In this document: positions 41,281 through 54,720 of the stretch, one piece after another
How positions within the stretch are numbered: position 1 is the stretch's first letter
Layout of the letters: each line of letters starts with the position of its first letter
Source of the DNA: Tubiluchus corallicola
Taxonomy: Eukaryota; Animalia; Priapulida
Length of the DNA stretch: 64,000 nt
Direction of reading: 5' to 3'
Assembly: GCA_030141605.1 (NCBI GenBank)
Contig: JAQGDQ010000036.1
Span: 434,001 to 498,000 of the forward strand
Notes under the pieces: generated by a model
Databases searched by the model: none
What the model was told of the DNA's origin: nothing
What the model saw: only the letters and a program-made list of their open reading frames with translations
Position numbers and translations under genes: made by a program

Positions 41281-43880
41281 ATGAATGAAATGATCGCAGT
41301 CCGTAAACAGTTATTGTCTGTTAAGACTGTTCCATTGGCGAAATTAGATTATAGACGATTAAAGTGTTTTTCTTTTTTGTGTATGTTTGTAAGTAGCATT
41401 CATACTTTGTGCGTGATTGCGTATTATATTGCACTATACATCTTAAGTGCAAAATAAAAAGTTAAATTCAAATTCTGTACCTGACTTTAAATTTTTGCTT
41501 AAACTTAACAGGGGAATATCACCAAAATTAAGTTGAGCTTGAATAACTCGCGATTATATTGCGAATACAAATACGTACCTCATTCTTCACGAAAATTTCA
41601 TGTTTAAGAATCCTTGGCAAAAGTTCGGATAAAATTGTATACAAAACGAACATTTGACTAGGCGCCATTGAGCTTGGACCTGCGTCTGCGTCTCAGGTGA
41701 CGAAAATAGCCGTATTACAGATGAAACTAGGCATAAGTCATAAGGGAGAATGCCTATGCTGTATGCACTGTACACAACACTGTAAGAGTATTTGTTTATG
41801 CGGTATTTTTATGCAGTTTACACCTTGTGACGGTTATCATGATATCGCTAAAGTCTAAAGATTAACCTATTGTGGGTTGAATGCGTGATTTGCTCGGTTT
41901 CGGTCATCGTGATTGTTCTTATTGAAAAGCAGGAATGTGTTACACTAGAATTCAGCAATTAGACGGGCCGTTCGATGCAGCAGTCAGACGGAAAGTGTCG
42001 GAATACGAAGTCAAAATATAAAAACTTTTACTTTTTTTCCAATGAGCAATAGAAAATTATTGAAGCAATGAAAGCACAATCTAAACAAAGTTAGATTCAC
42101 GCCTATGCCTACAAACTGTCGCGACTTGATCTGTGTGTGATAATTTCTCTACTGTTTGCTTTGAAACATGAGTTTCAGAAGATGATGAACTTTGGTGCTA
42201 AAAATATTGCGCTTACACTTTGGACAGATTTAGTCAGATGCAGTTTTTATGTAGTGTCTTTTTTCATTTATTTCATTTTAAACCCAAGTGCATAGTTTAT
42301 CGATGCAGTTCAGTTATTTCGAGATTTGTATCCATTTCAATAAAAATATCACAATTACATTACGTAATGCAATTTTTTGTGCTAAAATTTTATGTATGAT
42401 ATTTCTTCTTCCTGAATTTTGAATATTAACATTGTATTCAACGATTTACAAAGAAAAAACATTGTAAATCATAAATTAACAACTGTAAATTGTTAATCCT
42501 TACAGTGTAAACAATAAGTTCAGTATATATGGTAATTTGCGTTTACAAAGAGCGTTGTACTACATTATTTTGTACTACATATGCTTCTTTCAACTTTGTA
42601 GTAGAATGAGTGTCAGAATAACCTGCCTACAATAACACAATAAATAATTATTTTGTCATTGAGCCACATAAAATCGCATTAGTTTTTCATTTTTTAAAAG
42701 TGGATAATACTATGTTAATAATAAATGTATTATTAACATTAATTTTTATTTCAGTCCAACTGACCACAGAATTTTATTTAATCCTAATATTTTAATAATA
42801 CTGCTGTGTAAAAATGAAAACTTGTTGTTATCATGTAAAAATAAAAGCTAAAGAACAACAGTTAAAATTCTGGTTGCTATTAAAAGCCTTACTGATTTAA
42901 CTGACTAAAACATGACAAAGTTAAAAATGTTAATATATGTTTAATCATTAATTCTACAGCTAATATGTTATAGTCTCTGTGTCCATGGGGTTCACATATT
43001 TTTTGTCAAGGCTGATAAAATGAAGCTGTCACTAAAAATTGTCACACTAGCATTATAATTATGCTTCAGTGAGTTTCTCTGTGTTTGCAAATTCATGAAT
43101 TCTTCTAGCAGAATGAAGTTATTTTATCAGACTTGTTTCACAAGAAAAGAACTTTTGTTACCAAGGCACACACTTATTGCTGACGATGTTTTCAATTAAT
43201 GCCACAAGCATTTTCACTATATGCTGTAGGTCTACTTTTGCACAATGATTGTTTACACATCTATTAGGATATACTATAATAGACCTATAACTTTCGACAG
43301 TTGTTAAATATATTACTTTTGCAGAATTTGATGAAAACGTGAATGAGCCGAACGACAATAGTTTCTATCAACTCACTACCTGTCCACCCCTAGGTCAAAT
43401 ACTGTAATGTAGTAATAACAGCTTTATTTTTAGCGCAGTTATGTATAACAGTATCACAACAGACGGCAGGTATACTCTGCTACGTCATCAGCAGAGCTGC
43501 GCTAATTCAATTTTTTCACCGGTAGAGGCGTAAGTGCAGCTCCTTGGCATTTCCCGGCTGATACAAAAAAGTTAATTACTCATTAGTTACTCATTTCACC
43601 AAGTTGGTTACGGGGAAGACAACTATAAAATAAGTACTTGATTTTCCCTCTTTAAAGTTTTAAACCAACTCGCATTGTAACTCAGACACATTTAAAGTTT
43701 TTTGCATTCAAAATAACCTTCCAGTTATGTCTGTATCGAAATGTAACTTCAACTAACCGGATATGCTCTCTATGATGATATGCAAAGTAATTCTTTATTA
43801 ATTTTTTTACGATAAACTGATATTAGCTTAAACATCACTTCCTCTGAGGTTACAGATTTTGTATTAAAATAAATTTTAGG

Positions 43881-46800
43881 ATGTCTGAAGATTCTACCAG
43901 CTTATCAGAATTAGAGCAAGCTGCTGCAGCAGCCAGAGCTTTTCAAGGTAAATAGTAGTAGTACTTTTTAAAAATATAATATGTGCATTATTGTTTATTA
44001 TTTGTCTAATTGATTTTTTCACTGCTTTATTACAACATCTTTAAATAATATAACAGATGGAGAAAATGATGGGCCACAGCAGAAGAAACTGAAAGCCAGC
44101 GAAGTTGATGAAATAAAGGTAAGGAAAATTCCTGATGTTACTATATGATGTTACGACACAATGATTATTAGCATTTCTGTCTACAGTCTTTTGATGTAAC
44201 TGCTGGTTCACTGCATCAGTAAATATTCAAAAGATATTTGCAAGGATAATTATTAATATGGTAGAATGGATTTTGCATAGATTGACAGAGTGAGGTTTTC
44301 AAATTTGCTGTCTTGGTTCAAGGTGGCAGCATTGACGTCATTTTTTAATTCACTGTTTTGAGTTCAGCAAATCCCTCGACCAATAGTTCGAATCAAGCTT
44401 GTTACTTTTACACGTTGGTTTGAAGTAGTGTTAATGGTGTAACTTGATTTCATTTAATTTAAATGTATGGCCATAATGTTTAGATGTAGTTGCTGGGTAT
44501 AATGAATTAATTAGTAAATTTATATTTTTTTAGTATGTTGATAATTGTTATAAAGTCATTGGTGATAATTCTATTTTGTGCAGTGACAAATTTTTTTCTA
44601 GACCACTACATGATTTACGTGGACACAATTCTAAATTCATTGTACAATAGTGGTCGGAATCAATACTAAAATTGCGATATGATTTCGATAAATGATAAGA
44701 ACTTACAATACGATTTCGATAAATGATAAGGACTTGCAATATGATTTCGATTTTGATAAACATTTTACAATTTGATTTGATACAATTTAAATTTCTAAAA
44801 TACATGTCTTTAAATTATTTTATATATTTAAATGGTGACCTTACGAGTGTGTAAATTGAAGGTTTGCACTCGTGAAAGTATTGTGGATTTTGTGCATGAA
44901 AAAGTGGTACATTTTAGTTACTTTACATAGGTTTTGGTACTGCAAACCGGTTTCTTCTTTTCCAATAAAAAGAAATGCAAATTGTAAAGCTACATATATT
45001 CAAGACTATTTTTAAACATGGAGTTTTTTACCACACATAGAGAACCCACATTTTGTTGCAAATAAAAAAACTGGCAAGCATGAGTTGGCACTCATTATTA
45101 TACAGATGAATGAGAGAGACTGTTGGTTTAATTACTGTAAAAAAAGCCTATAATCAACAAGAGTTTTGAGAAGAATAAACTAACAAATTGGTTAGATGCA
45201 AGGTATTTATTTAGTTTAAATGCTAAAATCGAGTACTGAAAAATGAGCCAAAATACGACATTGCATGACTCCATGTCACCATTTCTACAAATTTTCGTGA
45301 TGCACAATTTTTAGCACAGTTGTGCTATTCAAGAATTTGTAGCGTCTTCCGTAAAGTTTGCACTTCGCAGTTTTATCCACTTTGTTGATTAAAAAATGAT
45401 CAACGTATTTTGACATGATGAATCTTGTGCAAGCAAAATTTTACGTGAAACACGAAAAATATTCAACTGCGGAGTGCGGACGGCAAATCAACGGCATGTG
45501 AATCATGTGACCATTGACCACCCAATCACAGACAAGGTTGTTGCGTTATTTCGCGAGATTTATTTTCGGTGTACACACTGTATTACACAGTGCAAACCGC
45601 GAAGCATCATTTTATATAATTAATACTACCAGGCTTTGATGTTAATAACACAGTAATATAAACTATTGTCCTCAACATGTTTGTTATTACTGGGGCAGAC
45701 AAATCGCGGAAATGACACATCGATTTCGATATCGATTCTCCAATTGTATAGATTTTCTGCGGTGATAATCATTTATTGTATCGATTCGATAATAGATAAA
45801 AATTGATTCTGTTTTGTATCGATTTTTCATCGATAAAACGATAATCGATTCCCATCAGTAAGTGAATCTAAACTAAACTAAACTATTGTACAATACTCTC
45901 GCACTAATTTCTTCTCTGCTGGTGTTGTGGACCCTTGGAATTCACTTAATAGTGAAACAGTTGATGCATCAAATCGGCCTCAATTCTGCAAATTGTTGAG
46001 GAGAGACCGTCAATAACCGTACTATGGTTAAGTCTTTTAGACTTCACAAGCAAGTTGACAGTTACTATACTAAGCATTTCAAAAGTAGTTTTACATAACT
46101 TGTTGCTTTAGAATGGTGTTACTGGTGTCACGTGATTTAACTTAGTTTATTGTTTAACTTGAGTGAACCACTGGAATTCTTACTAGCATTTTAGCACATT
46201 GTATTACTAATGCACATTCTGCTTATACTATGCCAAATCTCAAACTTCTGAATATTTTATATAATCTTAATAGGAACAGCATGGCACATATTCAGATACA
46301 GTGTATTTTCAACAACACAATAAAGCACTGTGTCAGTCATCGCCCGACAATTGCCGCCCGCCAGGTTCTAAAGTATTAATGCATGTATACATTATACATG
46401 TATTTCTATTACATTGTTTATCTGTTGTGATAGACTTATTTGTGTTTATATAAAGTTTAGAAAACGATTTCTTGTTTTAAATTTTTATGCTAAGTTTAGT
46501 GATCAAAATCACAAACAAACATTTTTATTATTGCACTTTGCAACTCTGGGCAGCTCATTTTGTGCAGTAGTGTAATCTGGAGAGTTTGCATGATTCACAC
46601 TTTTTAATACCACAACTGTGTCAGAGTTTCCAATATTTTTGCGTTAGGTTTTTTGGAACAATGGCTACATGCATGAATAGTTGCCAAGAATCGCCTAATC
46701 TACCCAACCTGCAAGTACACCGTAATCTGGTATTTCTGCAGCTAGTAAACTGATTTAAACTTGGCTCTTCTTACAGTCCTAAACATAAATTCTTTGCATT

Positions 46801-49800
46801 TGCCTTATTGGCTTGTAAATTTTATCAAGTCCTTTACTTAGCCATTTCATTTTCAGTAGATACTATAGCTAAATTAGCAGGGCGCTCCTGCTTTAAGGAT
46901 GACCTCAAATAGTTTTCAATTAATTTAAGCTTGAAGAGTGATCCTTTTCTTCATTTTAAGATCACTTCTGGCAAAATTTAAAACACAATAAACAATCATA
47001 TTCATCATAGTTTGCACGCCAGAAGGCTTATGCTTTGTACTCATGATACTCATTTCTAATGACAGCAACACTGCTTGCAAAGTGTGGTCATGGCGTCTAC
47101 TGGTGCAATGCTAAATATAAAAACTAACTGGGGCCGCTGATGCTCAGCTGCTCTCCTGCACTGCCGGGGAAACCAGCATAGTAGTTCCAGCTCTGACAGC
47201 AAGTTAAAAACTGCAGTGACAGCATTAAGTGAAGTTTAGGATGAGAACTGAACTAATGATTCATATTGTGTAATTAGGAATCCAATTGAAGCTGCCGAAG
47301 CTTGGATAAGCCAGGATTGAATCATTTATTGGTGCAGCTGAACTGTACCTTGCAAATCTTTTAACATTTTTTGTTTTTCTAGTCTATTTTGTCAAATATC
47401 GACAAAGCTGTTTCTCTTCGATTGGATACAATAGAATCACGTTTGACTGCATTGAGTAAATCATGTCTTTCACTAGAAGAAAAAGTTAACTCATTTAAGA
47501 GTCATCTTCTGCAGGACCATTTAGGATGTCTTCGTAAATCCAGGTTTGCAAAGTTTCAAGTCTCAATGGTAAATAAAATTATGATGATGAAAAAATGTGT
47601 GAAACATGCTCTCTAAATAAACATGGCTTACTTTCTCAACCAAGAAACTCACGTTGGCATAGGCCTATCTGTTTTTTGTATAAAGCTTAAAGTTAATTTA
47701 TACTACCGCTGAATTAAATGCACAGTGGTAACCGTCATTCACTTGAAAACTATGATGTAATTGGTAAACCGTAACCTGGTGGATTTCGTAACTTTTTATA
47801 AGCGCATTAAAGTAATTCAAACTTCTGTAGCATACCTAATTTTATGCAAAAATGTCACAAACTTAGCTATATATTTTTTTCTAAAAACTTTTTATTCTTT
47901 TGACAAAAATTAACAATGCGTTACTTTTCTTCAGTCAACGAATAACATTATTGATGAAGAATTGGCAATCAAAATGAGAGCATCCAAGCATGATGTGATT
48001 TTGACTTTAAAGTGATTTTACTAATTGCATGAAGTGCTAATCAGACTTACTAACTCCTTCTAACATTTTACCAGAACATTGATATAAACCTAACTTCCCA
48101 GAAGGGTTTAGCCTTTCCTTTAATCAAAAATACTTTATTGTGAAGAGTTACTTTGATGTCTGTTTTCAGGCTATGAGTGAGTTATGTAAGGGAATGAAGC
48201 TACTACACTTGAGGTGAATGGGGTCTTGTACTAAGTGTCATTGTTAAATGAGGCTTACTTTACATTTTTCCTATATTGAAACTTGTTAAAATGTTGTTTT
48301 CGGTATACGAAGAGTCCAAAATATTACATTTCACTTTCAAGGCAGCTTTCTTTAGAACAGAGGCATTTAACTTAAGCAAAAATGTAAAGATCTGCCTATA
48401 AAGTTTTGGTCTATATAAAATGATGCGGATGTACCGGAAAGTTTTATTGTTCGGTACTTGCTAGAAATGAAGTTTTGAAATATTATATAGAATTTTATAA
48501 ACCTCTGATAATTTCAGAATTGCAAAGACTTCAAAAAAGCCAACTGCTGTTTTTCTGGAGGTTCCTCAATATGGCTCTGAAGATGGCATATCAGGTTCAG
48601 ATATAGAGCTGCAAGATGCTACACTTGGTCAGTCTACTTTTGCAATATGATTCCATAAATATTTTAAAGACAATGTTTATTGCGCTGTACAGAATCCAAA
48701 AAACTGAAACAGAAGATGAACAAAATGACAAAATCATTTGTTCATTTTCTTCCATTTGTGATTATTTCATCTGTGTGTAATTTGTGTATTGTGAGGACAA
48801 CGTCAATGTGATTTCTTCTATTGAAACATTGCTTGTACTTTATACACCCAGACAAAAAAATTAATAAATAATTATAAAATGTAATCATTGTAATAAGTGA
48901 CAACTGTTATTGGCACACAAATTTGTTTTATTAATTTTGTTTTTACTGTATTTTGTTTTAACATTATTTTGGATAGTTTTCTAACTGTAAGAAGAAGACA
49001 AAAAATATTTTTAATGATAATGCATGGTAGGCATTCGAGGTAAGCATGTAAACATTGATTTCTGGTTGCATTCTCATATTTTTAGCCACCAATGCAGAAA
49101 CACAAAGGCGAGGTGATGCAGTTTCTAATTATTTGAGAAAACTGAGTGTTTTGGGAAAAGGTGTAACTTTAATAACACTGAACACCGAAGAAGACTTTCC
49201 TGATGGGTCATGGCTTGGTGATGAGACAAATGTAGAAATGAGAGTTAGGTGCCATATTACCAACAAGTGAGTATTTCAGCAGTTGCAATATGCTTACGTT
49301 TCTTTAACAAACACTGATACTTTACTTTACGTACTAAATAAACACTGCATTGTTGTGAGTATTATAGTTCCAAAAGTTAGATTTGTAAAATTTGTTCTGG
49401 TACTCAGGTACATGTTTAAAGCAAGTAAGAGTTTTTAGCTATACAACAACTTCTTGAGTTCAAGCATAATTATTATGGATACACTTGAAGAAAAACTCCA
49501 GTGAAGAAATGTCATACTCGTTACTGTTTTGTCACTTCAACACCACTTGTGGGCAACAATTTGCAAAAGGTACAGTACTGAATTTTAAAAATCAATGGTT
49601 TTACTTGTAGGGAACTTTTACACATTAACACGCAGTGCAGATCTCCGGAGAAAATGGCCTTAGCCTTACTTGATGCTTTGTTTGACAAGGAGACTCAGGC
49701 AATGTCTAATATATCAGGTGCTGGTAAACTTGGCAAGAGGCAACTTCCTCCACTTATGATATATGGAATAAGATGTACGTTTTATAAAATATGTTGATTT

Positions 49801-52800
49801 ATCTATTAATTTTGTTGATTTTGTGTGACAATATGAAAAGAATAGCTACTGTATTTGATGTAACTAGATTTTAGTACAGCAATTTTTTTCATAGTTTTAT
49901 AAAAACTACACAAATAAAATATAATATTCTAGTAGTTTTACATTTTTGCTGAACTAACAGATGAAACAATAAAAAGTAATAGTGTATTAATAGTTCAAAT
50001 TGTTCACTATGTTTTTACTTTACAATTTTCAGTTTTTATTATTGAGATGTAATTCAGCAATTTTGCATACAAAAAAATTGGAATGCCTATTTCATTCAAT
50101 TGTGAGCTGTTGTTATGGCTTGTGTTATAAATTACTTTGTTTATAGGTCATTTAATCCATCATTTTAACATCACTGAGAGTGACTGGTATCGCATTAAGC
50201 AAAACATAGACTCTAAATGCCGCAGTGCTTATAGGAGAAAGGTGCAAGGTCTACCTCTGTACCAACATTATAGTCGCGAACAGGAGGCATATCAAGCTAT
50301 ACCTTTGGTATATAACCAAGTGGAGCAAAGTTCTCACAGTGAAGAATCAAACTCAGTGCCGGTAATGATAGAACTGTAATGGTTTGAGAGTTCATGATTT
50401 AATAGTTGGGGAGCTGAGTAAGCCTTAATCTAAACGTTTAGCACATTTTGTTTGACCATCTTATGACAAGTACTATGGCTGTGGCTACTCAGTAACACAG
50501 TGATTATCAGGACGGTCCATTTCATAATCTTGTCTATACAAAAAGGATTTCAACTGTCAGTGTTGTTTTGATAATGTCTCTATTGGGAATACCTGATCTT
50601 ATAGGGCAGGCCTAACAGTATCTCCGATAATCAAATCTAGTATAGACAGGTGGACCCACTCCGACAATCATTGTACTCCTAAGTAGCTGCCTGATACTCA
50701 ATTTTTGTCTCTAACTTGTCAATATAAGGCCCATCGTAAATTTTCCGGTATACCAATAGTATAGTCCTCTACTGGCTGTTTATGAGTGAAGGGCTGCAGT
50801 TTACATCGCATATATGAAAGTTTGAGCTGAATAGAAAACGGTCACAATAAAAGAATTTCACACATTCATGATTCCTAATGTGTCCATTTTTGAAAATGAT
50901 CGTTTTCAGTTTTCCAAATTGACCTATAAAGTTTAAGTGAAAAATATGTATTTTCAACCATGTACCATTCAAAATTATGTATTCTACAGATAGCATCAAT
51001 GGACACTGATCATCACATTTTTTGTGGAATGGGAAATAATTAAGAACTCGCCATTTAGTTCATTACACACGATCTCATTTTTACTCCCTGTAGGTCCCCT
51101 CCAGTAGCACCACCCAATTTGGTATGTTCGAGTAAACAATATGCGACAGGAAGAACTCTTTCAACGATATATACATCGATTATTTACAGAGACAATCACA
51201 TCCTTTGAAAGCTGCATTGTACATCATGCTAAGGGAACTACATGGTGATAAAAAGAGGGTGTAAGGAAACCATAATGAAAAAGAAAAATGACAAAGACGT
51301 CACATTGCCATGGCAACCTATCTAGGTTCTATATGCATCACCACTGTGTGCCTAAATACAGTCACACAGCTGACCCTGTCACATGACTTCACTGCCCCTT
51401 GTTTATACAACAGTATAGACCCACTGGGGCGGATGCTGGGGCTATCTACAGAGTAACTGTATTAGCAAAATGCTTTGTAATGGAAGCTTGTGTGTGTACG
51501 GTTTCAGTTTAAGCCAAGAACATCAGAAATCGTGATCTGTTTTTCAAATCCATCTTAGGCATGTTTGACGCTGACAGAAAGCATCTTAAATTACCCATAT
51601 TTATTTGTAATGAATTGCAAAGTATCATTCAGCAAATTTCACTGGCATGTGAGAAATTTCAACTAAAACTGAAAATTATAATTTTTTGACCACTTGGTAC
51701 ATTTTACCCAGTCATGTCTAATCTTCATAAATTCCACCATAAATCATTTTATATTGAATATTTATATTCATATCAATCAGTGCATCTTGCACAACACATT
51801 TTCGGTACCACCATTCTGTAAGAAAGCCCTGCTTGATCACGTCTTAAGTGACATTTCTATGTTAAAGGAAAGCAGGAGGATTTTTCATATACTACGCCAT
51901 TTCGAAGTATGGTAAAAGTATGCATTTTAACACCTATAATAATGCCAAAGCATTATTAAATTAAATCTGATGATTAAATAGGTTAAACTTAATTAATGGC
52001 AAGCGAGCCCAACTAGTGATGACATTACAATTGAACATAATTTTCAACAGCACAAACATTCCATGAGTGTGTTGCATGTTATTGCATAGCAAAAAGTGAA
52101 CTACAGTACTACTGTACAACATCCAGTATTATGTATAAGACACGACAAATTTTAAGTTTAAAATTCAAATTTCAAGTTTACCACTGTGTTCACGCATGAG
52201 TTCTCGAACGTATGCACTACATCACAACTGAACAACTGAGCTGAGAAGGTTTTTGTGCAACGCATTTCCGAGATGTAGGTACTACAGCCCATCTAACTGG
52301 CAAATGGTGAAATGCAAGCAACAGTAAAGAACTAGCCGCACGAACGTGAAATTGCATTTCTGTGGTAATTTATTGATTCACGCAGGTCGTTCTTGAAAAT
52401 ATGTCCCCTTTCATTATTTTATAGGATAGATTGTTTTGAACTATAGTTTAAGTTTTAGTCCTGTTTTCCTTGTTATCACTAATAATCACAAAACGATAAA
52501 TCTGAATAGTGTGTTGTATATTTGGATTAAACGTCAATTCTGGGGTGGTCTTCGAGGAGCTTTTAAACTAGGGGTTCCACTTAAGAAACTTAAGATGTTC
52601 AGTTCGGCATTCAACAGACATTTCACTTGTCATAGAATGGCCAAGTGAAGTGTGAACAACGTTTAGGTTACGCTTGCTTAGCTTCTCAACTGTAAGTCCT
52701 TTTGTTTCCAACAAACGTTTTGTAAGTCCTTATGTTTTGTTCATTTCTACCTAATTTCTTGGCCTTTAGCTTCTAGAAAACCATTGATCTACTTAGTTAA

Positions 52801-54105
52801 CTTAATAGTACATTTAAGTATCTAATCATTCTGTGGTTATGTTTATCAATATAGACTGCAAAAGCATGTTAACAATAAAAACTCAACATGTTCTATATCA
52901 GTTGGCGATTTCCTAAATGAGATATTAACAGCGATTTGAGGTAATACATGTATAAGAAATGCACAAAGAGATTTTTCAAAATTTCTATCACTTTTCTTGA
53001 GCTGAAGTAAAAATGGTATAGATGACATGCATGAAAACTTTTACAATTTTTTTCTATTTTACTAGGAAACGTCAGACTTGCAAGCCGAACATATAGCCGA
53101 AGATGCAACTATAGTAACAGTGCCTAGTGGAGATGAAGTACAATATCTGTCTTCTGAAATTCAGGTAATACTTTCTTGTTTTATTTTATCAAACTTTTAA
53201 AACAATAGTTTGTTATTATCTGTGCATTGTAAAATAAAACAAAACAATGAATTGAGCAGGCATAAATGTTATTAATTCAGTTTTTTTAATGAACTTTGTC
53301 TTTCAGTTTTTTTATCTGAATATTGTGAAAATGTATAAATTCCACTGCGTTAATTTTCATGCGCTTAGAATTTATGGCAAAAAATCTGGCCCTTCAAGCT
53401 ACAAAATTGTTGTTTTCTACTTGTCTGTTTTTTGTGCTGGTATTTGTTTTCTTAAATTTATATGCTGTTTTTCAGTTCATCAAAGTGTTTAACTTGTTTG
53501 CCTCACTACAGTGCCTGTTGTATGTTCTATTTTGTACTTAACATGTCATTTGTAGCTTACTTAATTAGCTTAATTAAAAGTTAGTTAGCTTACTCAATAC
53601 AGCTCAACAATAGATCTTAACTTTAACAACTTTGGCAAGTGTTATTTTTACTGCTTATTGTCCATAACTACCATTAAATTTTCAGTGAGTAACTACTATT
53701 CACTATTTAAAAAAATCTGATAAGTTGAAGACTCATAGAAAACTGCTGTTGCTTTTTGTGACATCGCATTCTCTTTAGATGTTATCACTGTTGTTCTAGG
53801 TTTTACATGCAACACCCCAGCAAATTATTGAAATGCAACAGCAAGGGCAACAGATTCAGTTTGTAGATGTTGAAGGAAATACACTCAATCTACCTCAAGG
53901 TGCTATGTTCACTGCAACTGATCTAGATAGACCAGAAGGCACATTGTCAGAGGAACAGATAACTTTTGAGGAATCAAGCGTACGCATTCCTGGTGTAGAT
54001 GCTTTATCAGATGAACGAAGTATTATTCTTGAAGATACGGTATCTCTTCAAGATGGAGAAATAAGCATTGGTGAAGGAAAAGCTATTTTAGTGACACATG
54101 AATGA
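43881..54105 (+). CDS. BANP: BANP/SMAR1-like BEN-domain transcription factor, complete, 9 coding exons, ~454 aa
   Basis: Exons 43881-43947, 44057-44118, 47383-47543, 48518-48627, 49086-49266, 49611-49774, 50147-50361, 53066-53164, 53800-54105; all GT-AG with consistent phases (1365 nt). BANP motifs: coiled coil LRLDTIESRL...CLSLEEK; VTLITLNTEEDFPDGSWLGDETNVEMRVRC; EKMALALLD.LF..E.QA.SN.SG.GK.GK.QL; CHLIHHFNITESDWYRIKQNIDSKCR. Confidence 0.94.
44670..44760. repeat. 30-bp tandem repeat x3
   Basis: (c/a)tt(g/a)c(g/a)ata(t/c)gatttcgataaatgataaga unit at ~44670, 44701 and 44731. Confidence 0.8.
45715..45859. mobile_element. ATCGAT-rich subterminal region ending in a hAT-like terminus
   Basis: About 6 (a/t)tcgat motifs followed by cccatcagta (cf. 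reverse complement of a TAGTGATGGG-type TIR). Confidence 0.45.
45900..46010 (+). mobile_element. CR1/L2-type LINE extreme 3' fragment
   Basis: Translates RTNFFSAGVVDPWNSLNSETVDASNRPQFCKLL (R.NFFS.RVV..WNSL motif). Confidence 0.65.
47383..47543 (+). CDS. BANP: BANP coiled-coil exon
   Basis: SILSNIDKAVSLRLDTIESRLTALSKSCLSLEEK. Confidence 0.9.
49086..49266 (+). CDS. BANP: BANP exon (pre-BEN)
   Basis: GVTLITLNTEEDFPDGSWLGDETNVEMRVRCHI. Confidence 0.95.
49611..49774 (+). CDS. BANP: BANP BEN-domain exon
   Basis: ELLHINTQCRSPEKMALALLDALFDKETQAMSNISGAGKLGKRQLPPLMIYGIR. Confidence 0.95.
50147..50361 (+). CDS. BANP: BANP BEN-domain C-terminal exon
   Basis: HLIHHFNITESDWYRIKQNIDSKCRSAYRRK. Confidence 0.95.
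53800..54105 (+). CDS. BANP: BANP terminal exon (Q-rich, acidic)
   Basis: tag|VLHATPQQIIEMQQQGQQIQFV...VTHE*. Confidence 0.8.
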   Translation, partial: VLHATPQQIIEMQQQGQQIQFVDVEGNTLNLPQGAMFTATDLDRPEGTLSEEQITFEESSVRIPGVDALSDERSIILEDTVSLQDGEISIGEGKAILVTHE

Positions 54106-54229
54106 TCGAAAGCGTTTTCATAATAATGAACTGGAAACTTTATGTAACTATGTGTTATAGTATATTTCGATTAATGAAATTATTAATGTTAACAAAATAT
54201 TGCCTCGTTTTGTCAGCAGAATTTGAGAA

Positions 54230-54720
54230 AAATCATGCGTACTTGATTTAGGAGAGGAATAGTTCATGCAAAGACTATGGTGCCAAAACTGGGCAATATG
54301 GACACATCTAGAAAATCAGAAGGATAAATGTCCAGCTGAAGATACACTTATTGAGAACTCTAGTCTTCCCAATTGTAGCCTGTTGGTTGGAGTTCTGGAC
54401 ACTAAGAAACATGACTAGGATAAATTGAATGCTTTTTAAATGTGACGTTATAGAACAGATAAATGGATACTGGTAAAGATCAAGTCACTACAGGTGCTGT
54501 TAAGTACATTACAGCATGAAAGTTAAAAATATCAGTCACATAATAAGGAAAGGAGAACTAAACATTAACGCTGATTTAGAGGAAGATAACACTGAAGAGG
54601 AGAAGAGGGAGATGATGAAAGGTATGGCAACAGTGGAGTGGGAAAGGACTGCAGGGAACAAACTACAACAGTGCAATTAGCGTCATCTGAAAGAGAGAGG
54701 AAAAGACCGAATTGATTTCT
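54230..54720 (+). mobile_element. Degenerate RTE-type LINE 3' fragment just downstream of the BANP stop
   Basis: Translates INVQLKIHLLRTLVFPIVACWLEFWTL...DKLNAF (cf. RTE K.RL.R.LVFP..YG.E.WTL...AFE). Confidence 0.6.
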
